Assembly: GCA_038889235.1 (NCBI GenBank)
Contig: JAWAHN010000001.1
Location: 1-32,000 of the forward strand
Length of the DNA: 32,000 bases
Direction of reading: 5' to 3'
DNA from: Candidatus Jordarchaeales archaeon
Lineage (GTDB): Archaea; Asgardarchaeota; Jordiarchaeia; Jordiarchaeales; Freyrarchaeaceae
Below, one piece after another: positions 8,061 to 17,827 of the stretch. The notes under the pieces are model-generated. The model ran no database searches. It worked only from the letters and a program-made list of their open reading frames with translations, and had not been told where the DNA came from. The number at the start of each line of letters is the position of its first letter. The first letter of the stretch is position 1. Made by a program: the position numbers and the translations under genes.

Positions 8061-8732
8061 TTAAAGCCAACCCTTCTCCTTCCAGTACTCGTAGTCCTTT
8101 TTGAAAAAGTCTCTCCCCTCGTATATGAGCTTCTTTAGCGCTTGGAAGTCCTTCGACTTCGCCACGAAAGCCTCCCAGTCAAACGTCTTCTTCTCCCTTA
8201 TAGCCTGAACCATCTCCCTGCCTAACCTAGCAGCTTTATCGAGGTCTTCTTCTGAGACGTCTATGATGTTTCGCGCCAGAGCGGTAACGGTGCCGACCGG
8301 GTACGCCCCCTGAAACGCGAGCAACATGAGCATGTAGCGCGCAACAGCCTCCACGTCCCCGACGCCGAGGTAAACGGATATGGCCGCCGCGTACTTCCCA
8401 TGCAAGCTAGGCCTGTGGCCCATGGGAAGACACCTATCGATGAAGTTTTTCATAAGCCCGGTTACGTGGAGAAAGTAGACGGGGCTAGCCATCACTATTC
8501 CGTCAGCACTCATCATCTTACCCTGAATGAGTTTCACGTCGTCCTTCTGGGGGCATTCTCCCTCAACCAGGCAGCGCCCACACCCCTTACAGTAGTTGAC
8601 CTTGTAGTCCTGCAACAAGACTATCTCTGTTTCGGCTCCTAGGGACGCGCACTCGTCAAGCATCCGCTTCGTAAGCCTATAAGTGCAACCCCAATCTTTA
8701 TGAGGGCTGCCAACTATGGCCAAAATCTTCAT
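8061..8732 (-). CDS. iron-sulfur flavoprotein / NADPH-dependent FMN reductase family
   Basis: Motifs MKILAIVGSP, CKGCGRCLVEGECPQKDD (compact Cx2Cx2Cx5C cluster motif), ADGIVMASPVY and MKNFIDR. Confidence 0.9.
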   Translation of the reverse strand: MKILAIVGSPHKDWGCTYRLTKRMLDECASLGAETEIVLLQDYKVNYCKGCGRCLVEGECPQKDDVKLIQGKMMSADGIVMASPVYFLHVTGLMKNFIDRCLPMGHRPSLHGKYAAAISVYLGVGDVEAVARYMLMLLAFQGAYPVGTVTALARNIIDVSEEDLDKAARLGREMVQAIREKKTFDWEAFVAKSKDFQALKKLIYEGRDFFKKDYEYWKEKGWL

Positions 8733-8765
8733 GAAAAACCCTCCTTAAGGGCTGGTTTTAGGCAG

Positions 8766-8797
8766 AAATAAAAAGTTTTTGCATTCCAGTGCACTGG
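8766..8797 (-). promoter_or_regulatory. BRE/TATA promoter of the flavoprotein gene with an upstream 12-bp palindrome
   Basis: - strand AAAAACTTTTTATTT (8780-8766) about 35 nt before the ATG. Perfect palindrome CCAGTGCACTGG at 8786-8797. Confidence 0.55.
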
Positions 8798-9204
8798 CTG
8801 CAGGCGCTAAGCCGGTCAACGCGTTGCTAGACGCGTCACAGCAAAAGAAGTGCACCACCTCCAGAACCCTTCTTCAACTGAGAGCGAGCGAAAACACGCC
8901 ACAGAAAATCTCAGCTTCAAGCAGACTTCGACCTTAAAACAAGCAGGCACCCGGGCTTAGCAGCGTCCAGAAAAGGGCGAGGTAAAGGTGTCTGAGCAAG
9001 TTTAACGCGTCCCAGCCAAGGGGCAGTCAAGGGTGCTGCAATAACCGTTCCAAGATTAAAAGCTCGACAAATGGAGGAGGCGGGAACGTGCTTCAACCAA
9101 ACAACAAGTCGGAGATCACACACCCTTTAAATAAATTTTATATATCGGCTATGTCTAAAGAGAATAGCTTAGGGTGGGGATTTGCTGTTAGGGGGAAGGT
9201 TGAG

Positions 9205-10872
9205 GTGAGTGTTGTAAAAGGGTTTCCCAGCACCATGATGGACGACTACCAGCTGAACGTGATAAAGGTCCTAGAGAACGCCGCTAAAATCTATGGTAAG
9301 AAGGAGGTTGTATCGAGGAGAGTAAGTGACGGGAGCATTTTCCGCTACACGTACAAGGATGCTTGGGAGAGGGTTCAGAGGGCTGCCAACTTCTTGGTTA
9401 ACGAGTTGGAAGTCAAGCCCGGAGATAGAGTTGGTGTCATAGGGTGGAATACGCACAGGTTCTTCGAGCTTTACTACGCTGTACCAGGCATAGGCGCCGT
9501 GGTGCACGAAATAAATCTTAGGTTGAGCCCGGACGACCTAGTGTACATAATAAACCATGCGGGCGACAAGGTACTTTTCCTAGACGACGGGCTTGTCAGA
9601 CTGCTGGTCGAAGGAATAAAGGATAGGCTTGAGACCGTTGAGAAGTTCGTGGTGATGAGTGACAGCAAAGAGGTTGAGACAAGCCTCAAGCCGGCCTACA
9701 ACTACGAGGCTTTAATGGATAGCGCAAAGCCGAGTTTCAAGTTCCCTGTTATAGACGAGCGCAGCGGCGCCGCAATGTGTTACACCACGGGCACGACTGG
9801 TAGGCCGAAGGGCGTTGTTTACAGTCACAGGGCGTTGATCCTCCACTCGATAGTGGCAGGTTTACCTTCAACCATAAATGTGAGTGAAAAGGACGCCATG
9901 CTGGTTTTAGTGCCCATGTTCCACGTCAACGCGTGGGGGATGCCGTACGGCGCCCCAGCGGTTGGAGCCAAGCTGATCTTCCCGGCACAGTTCTATGCAC
10001 CCGACATGATACTTGAACTCATAGAAAAGGAGAAGGCCACTATAGCGGCATCGGTTCCGACAATATGGATCATGGTAGTAGACTACTTGAAGAAGACGGG
10101 TAAAAAAGTTGATCTCACCGGTCTCAAAGTGGTTTTCGGCGGCAGCGAGCCGCCGCTGGCTCTCATGAAAGCTCTAGCCGAAATGGGAGCGACTGTCCAG
10201 CACGCCTGGGGGATGACGGAGACAACGCCTCTGGGAACGGCGAACATAATAAAGAGTTACCTTGAGGAGACTCTTTCAGAAGAGGAGAGGTGGAAGCTAA
10301 TGACCAAGCAGGGATTAGCTGCGCCGCTACTGGAGATCAAGATAGTCGACGAAGCTGGAAACGAGCTACCGTGGGACGGTAAAACACCGGGAGAGCTGCT
10401 GATAAGGGGGCCGTGGGTGACCAAGAGCTACTACAACGATGAAAGGTCTAAGGATGCACTTCTAGACGGGTGGTTCAGGACGGGCGACATAGCCACAATA
10501 GACCCCGAAGGATACGTCAAAATTGTCGATAGAGCTAAGGACTTGATCAAAAGTGGAGGGGAATGGATTAGCAGCGTTGACCTCGAAAATGCCATAATGG
10601 CTCACCCCGGCGTCAAGGAAGCCGCGGTGATAGCCGTCAAGCACCCGAAATGGCAGGAGAGACCCCTAGCCGTAGTTGTTCCGAGGGACGAGTACAAGGG
10701 CAAGCTGACAAAGGAGGAGATAATAGAGTTCATTAGACCGAAGTTCGCCAAGTGGTGGCTCCCAGACGACGTGATCTTCGTCAACGAAATACCCAAGACC
10801 AGTGTAGGGAAATTCGACAAAAAAGTTCTAAGAGAGAGGTACAAGGACTACAAGTTACCGACAGCCGAGTAA
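9205..10872 (+). CDS. AMP-forming medium/long-chain fatty acyl-CoA ligase (AlkK/DmdB-like)
   Basis: Motifs [49 protein letters not shown] and [10 protein letters not shown]. Start placed at GTG 9205 (MSVVKGF) after a purine-rich RBS; the track's 9088 start runs through promoter-like sequence. Confidence 0.95.
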   Translation: MSVVKGFPSTMMDDYQLNVIKVLENAAKIYGKKEVVSRRVSDGSIFRYTYKDAWERVQRAANFLVNELEVKPGDRVGVIGWNTHRFFELYYAVPGIGAVVHEINLRLSPDDLVYIINHAGDKVLFLDDGLVRLLVEGIKDRLETVEKFVVMSDSKEVETSLKPAYNYEALMDSAKPSFKFPVIDERSGAAMCYTTGTTGRPKGVVYSHRALILHSIVAGLPSTINVSEKDAMLVLVPMFHVNAWGMPYGAPAVGAKLIFPAQFYAPDMILELIEKEKATIAASVPTIWIMVVDYLKKTGKKVDLTGLKVVFGGSEPPLALMKALAEMGATVQHAWGMTETTPLGTANIIKSYLEETLSEEERWKLMTKQGLAAPLLEIKIVDEAGNELPWDGKTPGELLIRGPWVTKSYYNDERSKDALLDGWFRTGDIATIDPEGYVKIVDRAKDLIKSGGEWISSVDLENAIMAHPGVKEAAVIAVKHPKWQERPLAVVVPRDEYKGKLTKEEIIEFIRPKFAKWWLPDDVIFVNEIPKTSVGKFDKKVLRERYKDYKLPTAE

Positions 10873-10932
10873 CCCCCTTTCTTCCCTTTTTCCAAAATAT
10901 TTTTCCAAAAATAGAATGAAGGGAGCAGCCCC

Positions 10933-11319
10933 CTATATTTCTAGGGGTGTGCTTTTCTCTATGCACTCCTTATGTCTTTGGAGCATGTCGTCGATGATCC
11001 TCTTCAGGTTTTCCTTCGGCATGAAGCCCACAACTTGACCTACGATTCTTCCAGCACAGAAGAAGACGAGGGTTGGTGTGCCCATAATACCGTAGTTTAG
11101 GGCCAGTCTCCTGTTCCCCGGGCTCTGAAGCACGTTAAGCTTAACAAACTTCACCTTCCCCTTGTACTCTTTTGCAAGCTCGTTTATCACAGGGTCAAGC
11201 ATAAGGCACCATCCACAGCGCTCATGCCAGAAATCCACAACGGTAAGCAACTCAGACTTCAAAACCTCGCTACCCCAGTTAATGTAATCTACGTCTAAAA
11301 CAGACAAGCAGACCACCAC
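10933..11319 (-). CDS. thioredoxin family protein
   Basis: VVDFWHERCGWC active site, VKFVKLNV, and IMGTPTLVFF (cis-Pro loop). Confidence 0.88.
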   Translation of the reverse strand: MVVCLSVLDVDYINWGSEVLKSELLTVVDFWHERCGWCLMLDPVINELAKEYKGKVKFVKLNVLQSPGNRRLALNYGIMGTPTLVFFCAGRIVGQVVGFMPKENLKRIIDDMLQRHKECIEKSTPLEI

Positions 11320-11573
11320 TCCTCCGGCTCACAGCTTCGACACCTATCTTTATTACCTTTAAAATTTAATCTTAAGCATTTCTATTTATTTCTTATATAC
11401 TGCTAACTTAACTTGTGAAATTCTTCGCGGGTGGTTTTGTGCATTTTATGTGTTGGATTGTTTTTGTGGCGGGCGTTTTGTGAGATTATTTAGTTGCTGG
11501 TTTCTGTGCTCTCAGCGGTTTTACGTGTGTTGGGGTTGCGGGGTTCTCGTATGAGGGGGGCTTGTGGCGGCTT

Positions 11574-13022
11574 TTAGCGGTTTCTGTTTTCACGGATATC
11601 TTTTGGGTGGAGTTCTGTGGCTTTTTTGAGAGCGATTTGTCTGTACTTTGCTAGGTATGCTGCGGCTTTAGCTGCTCTTTCAGGGGTGGGGTATACTGGT
11701 ATCCCGTTTCTCTCAAGTTCCTCTATTTCACTTTTTAGCAGGTTGTGTGGCGAGTGGGCGGCGACGAGTACTGGTTTTCCGCTTTCCTTGGCTAGGGCTA
11801 CTAGTACTTTGGATAGTGAGGGGACTGCCGGGTGGAACAAGTGGAAGAATATGAGCATGTCTATGTTGCTGTCTTGCAACGCGAGCCTTACGGCTTCGAG
11901 TCCGAGCCTTGGATCGTAAGCGAAGGCTAAGTCTACTGGGTTCGACCTTATGGTCATTGGTGGAAGCAGGTTCTCTATTTTTTCTCTAGTCTCCCTGCTG
12001 AACTCGGGCACGTTTAAACCGTTGCTCTTGCAGACGTCTGATATTATTATGGCTGGGCCGGCTTGTACTGACACTATTGCGACGTTGCTGCCTCTTGGAG
12101 GTCTAGCCATGGATAGAGCTTTCGCAGCATCGTAGAGCTCGGTGATGCTCTCAACGGTTATCGCTCCCGCTTGCTTGAAGAGGGCGTCGTAGAGCCTGTA
12201 GTCTCCAGCCATCGACCCCGTGTGGGATAGGGCTTCCCTGTCAACCCTAGACCTCCCGACCTTGTACACTATCACGGGTTTAACCTTGACGGCCTCCCTC
12301 ACAGACCTGAGGAAGCTGCGAGGATCGTCTAGTCCCTCTATGTGTAACGCTATAACCTTGGTCTTCTCGTCGCGGGCAAGGTACTCCACCATCTCGGGGA
12401 AGTCTATGTCGCACCTGTTCCCGAGCCCGACGGCCAGCCTCACCCCTAACCCTTGAGTTATAGCTTCGTAGCAGAAGAGGTGGCATACGCCCCCGCTCTG
12501 CGTGACAACCGATATGTTCCCAGCTCTAAGCTCGCCTAACACGTCAGTGAATGTGGCGTTCACGCCCACGTGAGGGTTTACGAAGCCGAAGGTGTTTGGT
12601 CCGAGGATTCTCATGCCGGAGCGGCGGGCAACTTTAACCATCTCCTCCTGGAGCCTAGCGCCTTCCTCTCCGATCTCTCTGAAGCCCGCGGTTATAACCA
12701 CCACGCCCTTAACACCTTTATCCGCGCACTCCTCTACGACTTCGAGCACGTGCTGCGCCGGAGTCACAACAACGGCTAAGTCAACTTCACCTGGAATCTC
12801 GAGAACTGACGGGTAGGCTTTCAAACCTTGAACAGCATCCCTTGTCGGGTTAACCGGATAGAGCTTGCCCTTAAAGCTGAGCAGGCTTTTGACGCAGTAG
12901 TAGCCCATCTTGAACGGGTTGTCGGACGCACCTATAACTGCGACAGAGCTAGGATTAAACATCTTTTCTAGTGATTCAAATCTGCTTGAAGCAGTCAACC
13001 TAACGCCTCCAGCCGCCTTCAC
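11574..13022 (-). CDS. acdA: acetate/acyl-CoA ligase (ADP-forming) alpha subunit
   Basis: CoA-binding domain (SVAVIGAS, YPVNP, VDLAVV, RILGPN), phospho-His segment SHTGSMAG, and SNPVDL. Confidence 0.9.
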   Translation of the reverse strand: MKAAGGVRLTASSRFESLEKMFNPSSVAVIGASDNPFKMGYYCVKSLLSFKGKLYPVNPTRDAVQGLKAYPSVLEIPGEVDLAVVVTPAQHVLEVVEECADKGVKGVVVITAGFREIGEEGARLQEEMVKVARRSGMRILGPNTFGFVNPHVGVNATFTDVLGELRAGNISVVTQSGGVCHLFCYEAITQGLGVRLAVGLGNRCDIDFPEMVEYLARDEKTKVIALHIEGLDDPRSFLRSVREAVKVKPVIVYKVGRSRVDREALSHTGSMAGDYRLYDALFKQAGAITVESITELYDAAKALSMARPPRGSNVAIVSVQAGPAIIISDVCKSNGLNVPEFSRETREKIENLLPPMTIRSNPVDLAFAYDPRLGLEAVRLALQDSNIDMLIFFHLFHPAVPSLSKVLVALAKESGKPVLVAAHSPHNLLKSEIEELERNGIPVYPTPERAAKAAAYLAKYRQIALKKATELHPKDIRENRNR

Positions 13023-13153
13023 GAGGAGCGCTCCTGGAAAGCGGGGAACCCGCCTTATAAAGCAGCTGTGCTTTTCACGCCACTTTTTAAGAGGTACGAG
13101 AAGTCCTTGACTTTAACGCTTAATAAGGGTGGTGGCGTAATTTCCTGTTTGGG

Positions 13154-13945
13154 GTGCAGCGCGTGAGCGTCATCTATGTAAGGAGGGAGAGCGGGGAGGT
13201 TCGGAGGGATGTTGAGGCCCTGCTTGAAAACGTAGGCGTCTCTGTTTCCGGCAGAGTTGTCTTGAAGCCCAACCTGATAAACTGTGAGCCGCCTCCGACA
13301 ACTACGCCGGTGGATATCGTTGAGGCGTTAGCAGATTTCTTCATAAGTGAGGGGTGCGAGGTTGTTGTGGCCGAGGGGTCGGGGTGGGAGGACACGTGGA
13401 GGGCGTACAAGGTTTTGGGGTATGCGAGGCTTGCCGAGAGGGGGGTTAAACTGGTGGACTTAAACTTGGATTCCTATGAGGTTGTCGAGGACGAGTCGGC
13501 CATGGTGTTGAAGAAGTTTGAGCTTCCATCGACGCTTAAAGGTGCATACGTCGTATCGGTTCCAGTCCTTAAAGAGCACTCGATAACAGGGGTTAGCTTG
13601 TCGCTGAAAAACATGCTTGGGGCAACGCTTGGCGAGAGGGGGAGGGTTTCGAAGAAGGGGCGCTTCCATAGGCTGGGTATAGACGAGAGCATAGTGGACA
13701 TAAACGCCTACATTAAGCCAAGGCTCGCGGTGATAGATGGCAGGGTGGCTGGTGTGGGGGGTGAGCTGGGATCAAAGCCTAAGAAGGTTGGAGTCATCAT
13801 AGCTTCCGAAGACCTTGTTGCAGCCGACGCCTACGCGTCCACGCTCCTAGGATGCAACCCCCTCAAAATAAGGCACCTAGTGCTAGCGTGGAAGAGGGGG
13901 CTTGGTAACATCAACCTCGAAGAAGTCGAAATAGTGGAAGTTTAG
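13154..13945 (+). CDS. DUF362 family protein
   Basis: Motifs VVLKPNL, VVVAEGSG, VSVPVLKEH, VSLSLKNMLG, AVIDG and DLVAADA. Confidence 0.85.
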   Translation: MQRVSVIYVRRESGEVRRDVEALLENVGVSVSGRVVLKPNLINCEPPPTTTPVDIVEALADFFISEGCEVVVAEGSGWEDTWRAYKVLGYARLAERGVKLVDLNLDSYEVVEDESAMVLKKFELPSTLKGAYVVSVPVLKEHSITGVSLSLKNMLGATLGERGRVSKKGRFHRLGIDESIVDINAYIKPRLAVIDGRVAGVGGELGSKPKKVGVIIASEDLVAADAYASTLLGCNPLKIRHLVLAWKRGLGNINLEEVEIVEV

Positions 13946-14009
13946 GGGGTTGCAGTGGATGCTGAAGCGGTTAAAATGTTAACCTCAGAGCTCTTTTTCA
14001 CTTGTCCAC

Positions 14010-14246
14010 CTAGGATGGCTGACGCACTGCGAAGTGTGCGTTTTGCTCCATTTTTGCTTTCAGAGTTTTCTTGAGCCTCACTATAAGTGTGTAAAGGTCG
14101 CCTATCAACCTAAGGTCTTCGTCGGTCTTTTCAGCCTTTTCCCTCAACAGGCTGTTATAAACCTCCTCAAGCTCCCTGATGAGTGCGCGAATGTCTTCAA
14201 CGGTCATAGTTGACTCTACGGGTTTCGACGCGTCCAGCACCGTCAA
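14010..14246 (-). CDS. small helical/coiled-coil hypothetical protein (78 aa)
   Basis: Amphipathic helical sequence. GAGGAGG RBS before the TTG start and an AT-rich promoter-like stretch upstream. Confidence 0.6.
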   Translation of the reverse strand: MTVLDASKPVESTMTVEDIRALIRELEEVYNSLLREKAEKTDEDLRLIGDLYTLIVRLKKTLKAKMEQNAHFAVRQPS

Positions 14247-14321
14247 GCACCCGCCCTCCTCGACAATTTATTTCACGATAATTTCATCGTCTTTATCTAT
14301 TTTTCGCGTTCACACCGCCCG

Positions 14322-14912
14322 TTACCGCGGAGGACTCCACTTGAACGGCGCACCAGCCTCACCCTCACTCTTCCCCTCCTTCGCCCGCCTAAGGATCTCC
14401 CTTATCTCGTCCACTGCCCTTCTCAGCACATCTTCAACCTCACTTACTACACCCGAATACTCCTCGCCCAGGCTTTGCAGCTCTTCAAAGAGGAGGTACG
14501 CCTCTCCAATGATCTTGCTAAGGGTGGACGAAGCAGCCTGAATCCACGGGGAAAGCATCCAGGAAAGTAACGGAGGCCCACGCCTGAAACATTTACACTC
14601 CTGCTTCCTAAGCTCCTCTAGCATCTGCTTTCCCTTGTCCGTCAGCGTGTACCTCTTCGACCCGTTTCCGAGTATCCTTTGAACCTCCTTTATGTAGCCG
14701 TTGTCCTGCAACCAAGCCAGGAGGGGATAGACTGATCCCGGGCTAGGCTTCCATACGCCGCCGCTCCTCCTGTAAATCTCCTCCATTATTTCTGCCCCCG
14801 ACATGGGCTTCTCTGACAAGAGCTGTAGGATGCTCATTTTGAGGTAGCCTTTGGGTACCGCTGCCATGTGCCTCAGCCATCTTCTAAACTCGTGGTGGTG
14901 CACTCCGACCAC
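14322..14912 (-). CDS. PadR family transcriptional regulator
   Basis: ILQLLSEKPMSGAEIMEEI...WKPSPGSVYPLLAWLQDNGYI...KRYTLTDKGKQML, followed by a C-terminal helical dimerisation region. Confidence 0.92.
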   Translation of the reverse strand: MVGVHHHEFRRWLRHMAAVPKGYLKMSILQLLSEKPMSGAEIMEEIYRRSGGVWKPSPGSVYPLLAWLQDNGYIKEVQRILGNGSKRYTLTDKGKQMLEELRKQECKCFRRGPPLLSWMLSPWIQAASSTLSKIIGEAYLLFEELQSLGEEYSGVVSEVEDVLRRAVDEIREILRRAKEGKSEGEAGAPFKWSPPR

Positions 14913-14914
14913 CT

Positions 14915-14959
14915 ATATCACACTTGATATCAATGTTGATATCGAACTCGATAAATAAA
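14915..14959 (-). promoter_or_regulatory. PadR promoter with three overlapping palindromic operator-like sites
   Basis: ATATCA-N4-TGATAT at 14915 and 14927, and ATATCG-N4-CGATAA at 14939 (12-bp period). The last one overlaps the - strand TATA-like TTTATTTA (14959-14952). Confidence 0.7.
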
Positions 14960-15004
14960 AATTTTTCCGACGATGTAAGCTGAAGCACTTCCCTCGACAG
15001 GAGA

Positions 15005-15631
15005 CTAGTCTATTAGGATCAGGCCTGTTAGCGTGACGACGTCACGGGTACCCCACGCAATGTGTAAGCCGGCATTATCCACGGTTTTTTGGACGTCTAT
15101 ACCTACGGCTTCCATGCTCGGCCGGGCCTCGAACGGGTGCTTGCATGGAGCACTCACATCGCACTCTTCGCAGAGCGGGCACGAGCCAGCGTTGAATCCG
15201 ACCGCAAACCTGTAGCCTCTCTTAAAGGACTCCCTTTCGACGCCGGAGACTATGGCGTTCAGCGACTTCCAGGCTTGCAGCCCTCTCTTCCTCAGGGCTT
15301 CACGAAAAGCACTGTCTGATAAGAGCTCCTCCAGCCTCACACCTGTCTGCACGTAGTTTTTGATGTCGTCTGTTAGGGGGACGTCCAGCTGGACTATTAA
15401 CGCATACTTGTACCTTGCAAGGTACTTCCTGAACTCCTCGGCGGTGGGCGTAAATGGGGGGCACATCTTGTTTCTCCCGTAAAATGGGCAGGGTGGAAAT
15501 CTGCACTTCAACTGGACGCGCTCGTCGACTACGATTAGGTCTACGGTTATTGGTTTAGCTCTGGTTGCCCCAAGCCTTACGGCGAGGCTTGAAAGCTCCT
15601 CTAGGTCTTCCTCGATGCCCAATTTCGGCAC
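15005..15631 (-). CDS. DUF2284 domain predicted metal-binding protein
   Basis: Motifs VQLKCRFPPCPFYGRNKMCPP, AGSCPLCEEC and CKHPFEARPSMEAVGIDV. Confidence 0.88.
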   Translation of the reverse strand: MPKLGIEEDLEELSSLAVRLGATRAKPITVDLIVVDERVQLKCRFPPCPFYGRNKMCPPFTPTAEEFRKYLARYKYALIVQLDVPLTDDIKNYVQTGVRLEELLSDSAFREALRKRGLQAWKSLNAIVSGVERESFKRGYRFAVGFNAGSCPLCEECDVSAPCKHPFEARPSMEAVGIDVQKTVDNAGLHIAWGTRDVVTLTGLILID

Positions 15632-15647
15632 GCCGCCCTGACCGTTT

Positions 15648-16949
15648 TCATCCGTAGCGTTCCAGGTGTTTGGGTAGTAGGGCGTTCGCCTCGACTATTT
15701 CTCTGTAGAGGCTGGCGCTTGGCCTGGGGCGCCTCTCTAGGGTTTCGAAGTCGACTTCAACTAAGCCGAACTTCATCTGGTAGCCGATCACCCATTCGAA
15801 GTTGTCTAGTAGGGACCAGTAAATGTAGCCTTTGACGTCTGCTCCCATCGATATAGCTTCGTGGACTGCCTTTAAGTGCCTCACGATATACCTGCACCTT
15901 TGCTCCTCGCTTCTCGTCGCTATGCCGTTTTCCGTCACCACAACCGGCTTACCGTACTTTTTGAGCGAAAGGATGACCTCTCTCAAACCTCTCGGGTAGA
16001 CCTCCCACCCGTAGTCTGAGACCTCCGCCCCCTCAGGGACCTCTATGAAGGGGAGAGGGAAAAACTCTCCTCGAGGCGTGCAGAGAGTCCTACTGTAATA
16101 GTTTACTCCCATGAAGTCGTACGACGATCTGAGGAAATCGTATTCCTCCCCGTTTCCGAGCGGCGGTTGAAAAACTCCGATACTTATTGCGTCGAGGAAG
16201 CACCCGTTGAAGAACCAGTCTCTCTTCCTAGCCTCTTCAACGTCTTCCTTCGAAGAGGGGTCGCGTGGCTCAAAGAACGGCATCTGCTTCACCAGCGCCA
16301 CCTGCGGCTTCGGGTAACCCATCTCCTTGCAGGTCTCGTGGATTGCCACGTACGCCCTCCCGTGGGCAAGCGCGAGGTTTCTAGCCACAGTCAAGCATTT
16401 CTCTAGGCTTTTCTCACCTGGAGGGAATATGCCGAAGAGGTAGCCCATCGTGGCGACGATCATGGGCTCATTTATCGTGTTGTAGAAGGGTATCAGGTCT
16501 CCCAAGTTTTCCACAACTTTCCTCACGAAGGACTCGAAAAATTCAGGGCTCTTTGGGTTGAGCCAACCCCCCTGCTCCTCAAACCATAAGGGGTTGGTGA
16601 AGTGGTGCAAGGTTATCATAGGCTTCATTCCACGCCTCAGCAGCGCGAGTAAGACGTTACGGTAATGCTCAACCTCCCTCATGTTTATAGTTCCAGGCTT
16701 AGGCTCTATCCTACTCCACTCTATTGACGTTCTGAAAACGTTTAGCTTTAGTGACGCGGCTATGTCGAAGTCTTCTTCGTATCTGTTGTAGTGGTCGCAT
16801 GCTTTTCCTGATTTGTCTAGTGTGTGTCCTTCTTGTTCCCATTTCCACCAGTTGTTGTTTGTGTTGTTTCCCTCAACTTGGTGCGCCGAGACAGCACAAC
16901 CCCAAAGAAAACCCCTAGGGAAAAAGAGGCCGTCACTCAAAAACCCCAC
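15648..16949 (-). CDS. glycoside hydrolase family 1 (beta-glucosidase/beta-galactosidase)
   Basis: Motifs AHQVEG, ACDHYNRYEED, FRTSIEWSRIEP, TINEP (acid/base), VTENG (nucleophile) and SLLDNFEW. Confidence 0.96.
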   Translation of the reverse strand: MGFLSDGLFFPRGFLWGCAVSAHQVEGNNTNNNWWKWEQEGHTLDKSGKACDHYNRYEEDFDIAASLKLNVFRTSIEWSRIEPKPGTINMREVEHYRNVLLALLRRGMKPMITLHHFTNPLWFEEQGGWLNPKSPEFFESFVRKVVENLGDLIPFYNTINEPMIVATMGYLFGIFPPGEKSLEKCLTVARNLALAHGRAYVAIHETCKEMGYPKPQVALVKQMPFFEPRDPSSKEDVEEARKRDWFFNGCFLDAISIGVFQPPLGNGEEYDFLRSSYDFMGVNYYSRTLCTPRGEFFPLPFIEVPEGAEVSDYGWEVYPRGLREVILSLKKYGKPVVVTENGIATRSEEQRCRYIVRHLKAVHEAISMGADVKGYIYWSLLDNFEWVIGYQMKFGLVEVDFETLERRPRPSASLYREIVEANALLPKHLERYG

Positions 16950-17002
16950 CCGGGAGATGTAGAAAAGTTTAACAAATTTAAAAGTTACCGAGGATTTGGG
17001 GG

Positions 17003-17827
17003 TTGTCCGTGGAGGGAGTTATCATAGATTTCCACGTTCACCCTTACTTCAACCACGGTGACGGGAAAAGTTTTAACTGGAGGGATTACTGGTCGCTGGA
17101 GTTCACTTACCGCTCTCTCAAACACCTTGGGATGAAAACCGGGGTGAGAGGGCTTTGCAGGTACTTCGAGGAGCGCATGAGAAGGAGGAGGGTGAAAAAG
17201 TGTGTTGTGTCAACGTTTTACACTCACCTTAACTGCGTCGTGAAAGCAATGGTGGAGCTTCGACCAGACCTCTTCGTAGGGTTCTGCAACGTTGATCCCA
17301 GGGAGGAAAACGCTGGAAGAAGCCTTGTGAGGCTTATCAGGCTGGAGGGGTTTAGGGGGTTGAAGCTTCACCCGCTCCACCAGAAGTTCCGCCCGCAGGA
17401 CGCGCTGAACGTGTGGGAAGCCGCCTCAAAGCTCAGGATCCCGGTGCTCGTCCACGCGGGGAAAATATGGAAGAGCGACCCAGACTACGCTGACCCATCC
17501 CACTTCCACGAGGTCCTCGACAGGTACCAGGGGTTCACGCTAATCTTGGCTCACATGGGGGGAAACTACGTGAGGGAGAGCGTTGAGCTCGCAAGGAGGT
17601 TTGACAACGTCTTCATGGATACCTCGGGTGCTTCAGCCAGGAGGATAATGTACAGCCTGGAGAGGCTTGGAGCCGAAAGGATACTTTACGGAAGCGACTC
17701 ACCATTCATACCTATGGGAGACCCGTTGCCAGAAATAGAGAAGGTCAAGAGCCTACCGATAAGTGAACGCGAAAAGGAGATGATCCTAGGAGAGAACGCC
17801 ATGAGGATACTCGAAGTACACCTCTAA
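17003..17827 (+). CDS. amidohydrolase family (amidohydro_2 TIM-barrel metallohydrolase)
   Basis: Motifs IIDFHVHP, GLKLHP, VLVHAG, ILAHMGG, MDTSG and ILYGSDSPF. Confidence 0.9.
   Translation: MSVEGVIIDFHVHPYFNHGDGKSFNWRDYWSLEFTYRSLKHLGMKTGVRGLCRYFEERMRRRRVKKCVVSTFYTHLNCVVKAMVELRPDLFVGFCNVDPREENAGRSLVRLIRLEGFRGLKLHPLHQKFRPQDALNVWEAASKLRIPVLVHAGKIWKSDPDYADPSHFHEVLDRYQGFTLILAHMGGNYVRESVELARRFDNVFMDTSGASARRIMYSLERLGAERILYGSDSPFIPMGDPLPEIEKVKSLPISEREKEMILGENAMRILEVHL

Noticed and set aside
10918-10930. GAAGGGAGCAGCC, resembling SRP RNA helix 8
   Set aside because: The 5' strand of the helix is missing, and the site is in a 60-bp gap between convergent genes, too small for a 7S RNA.
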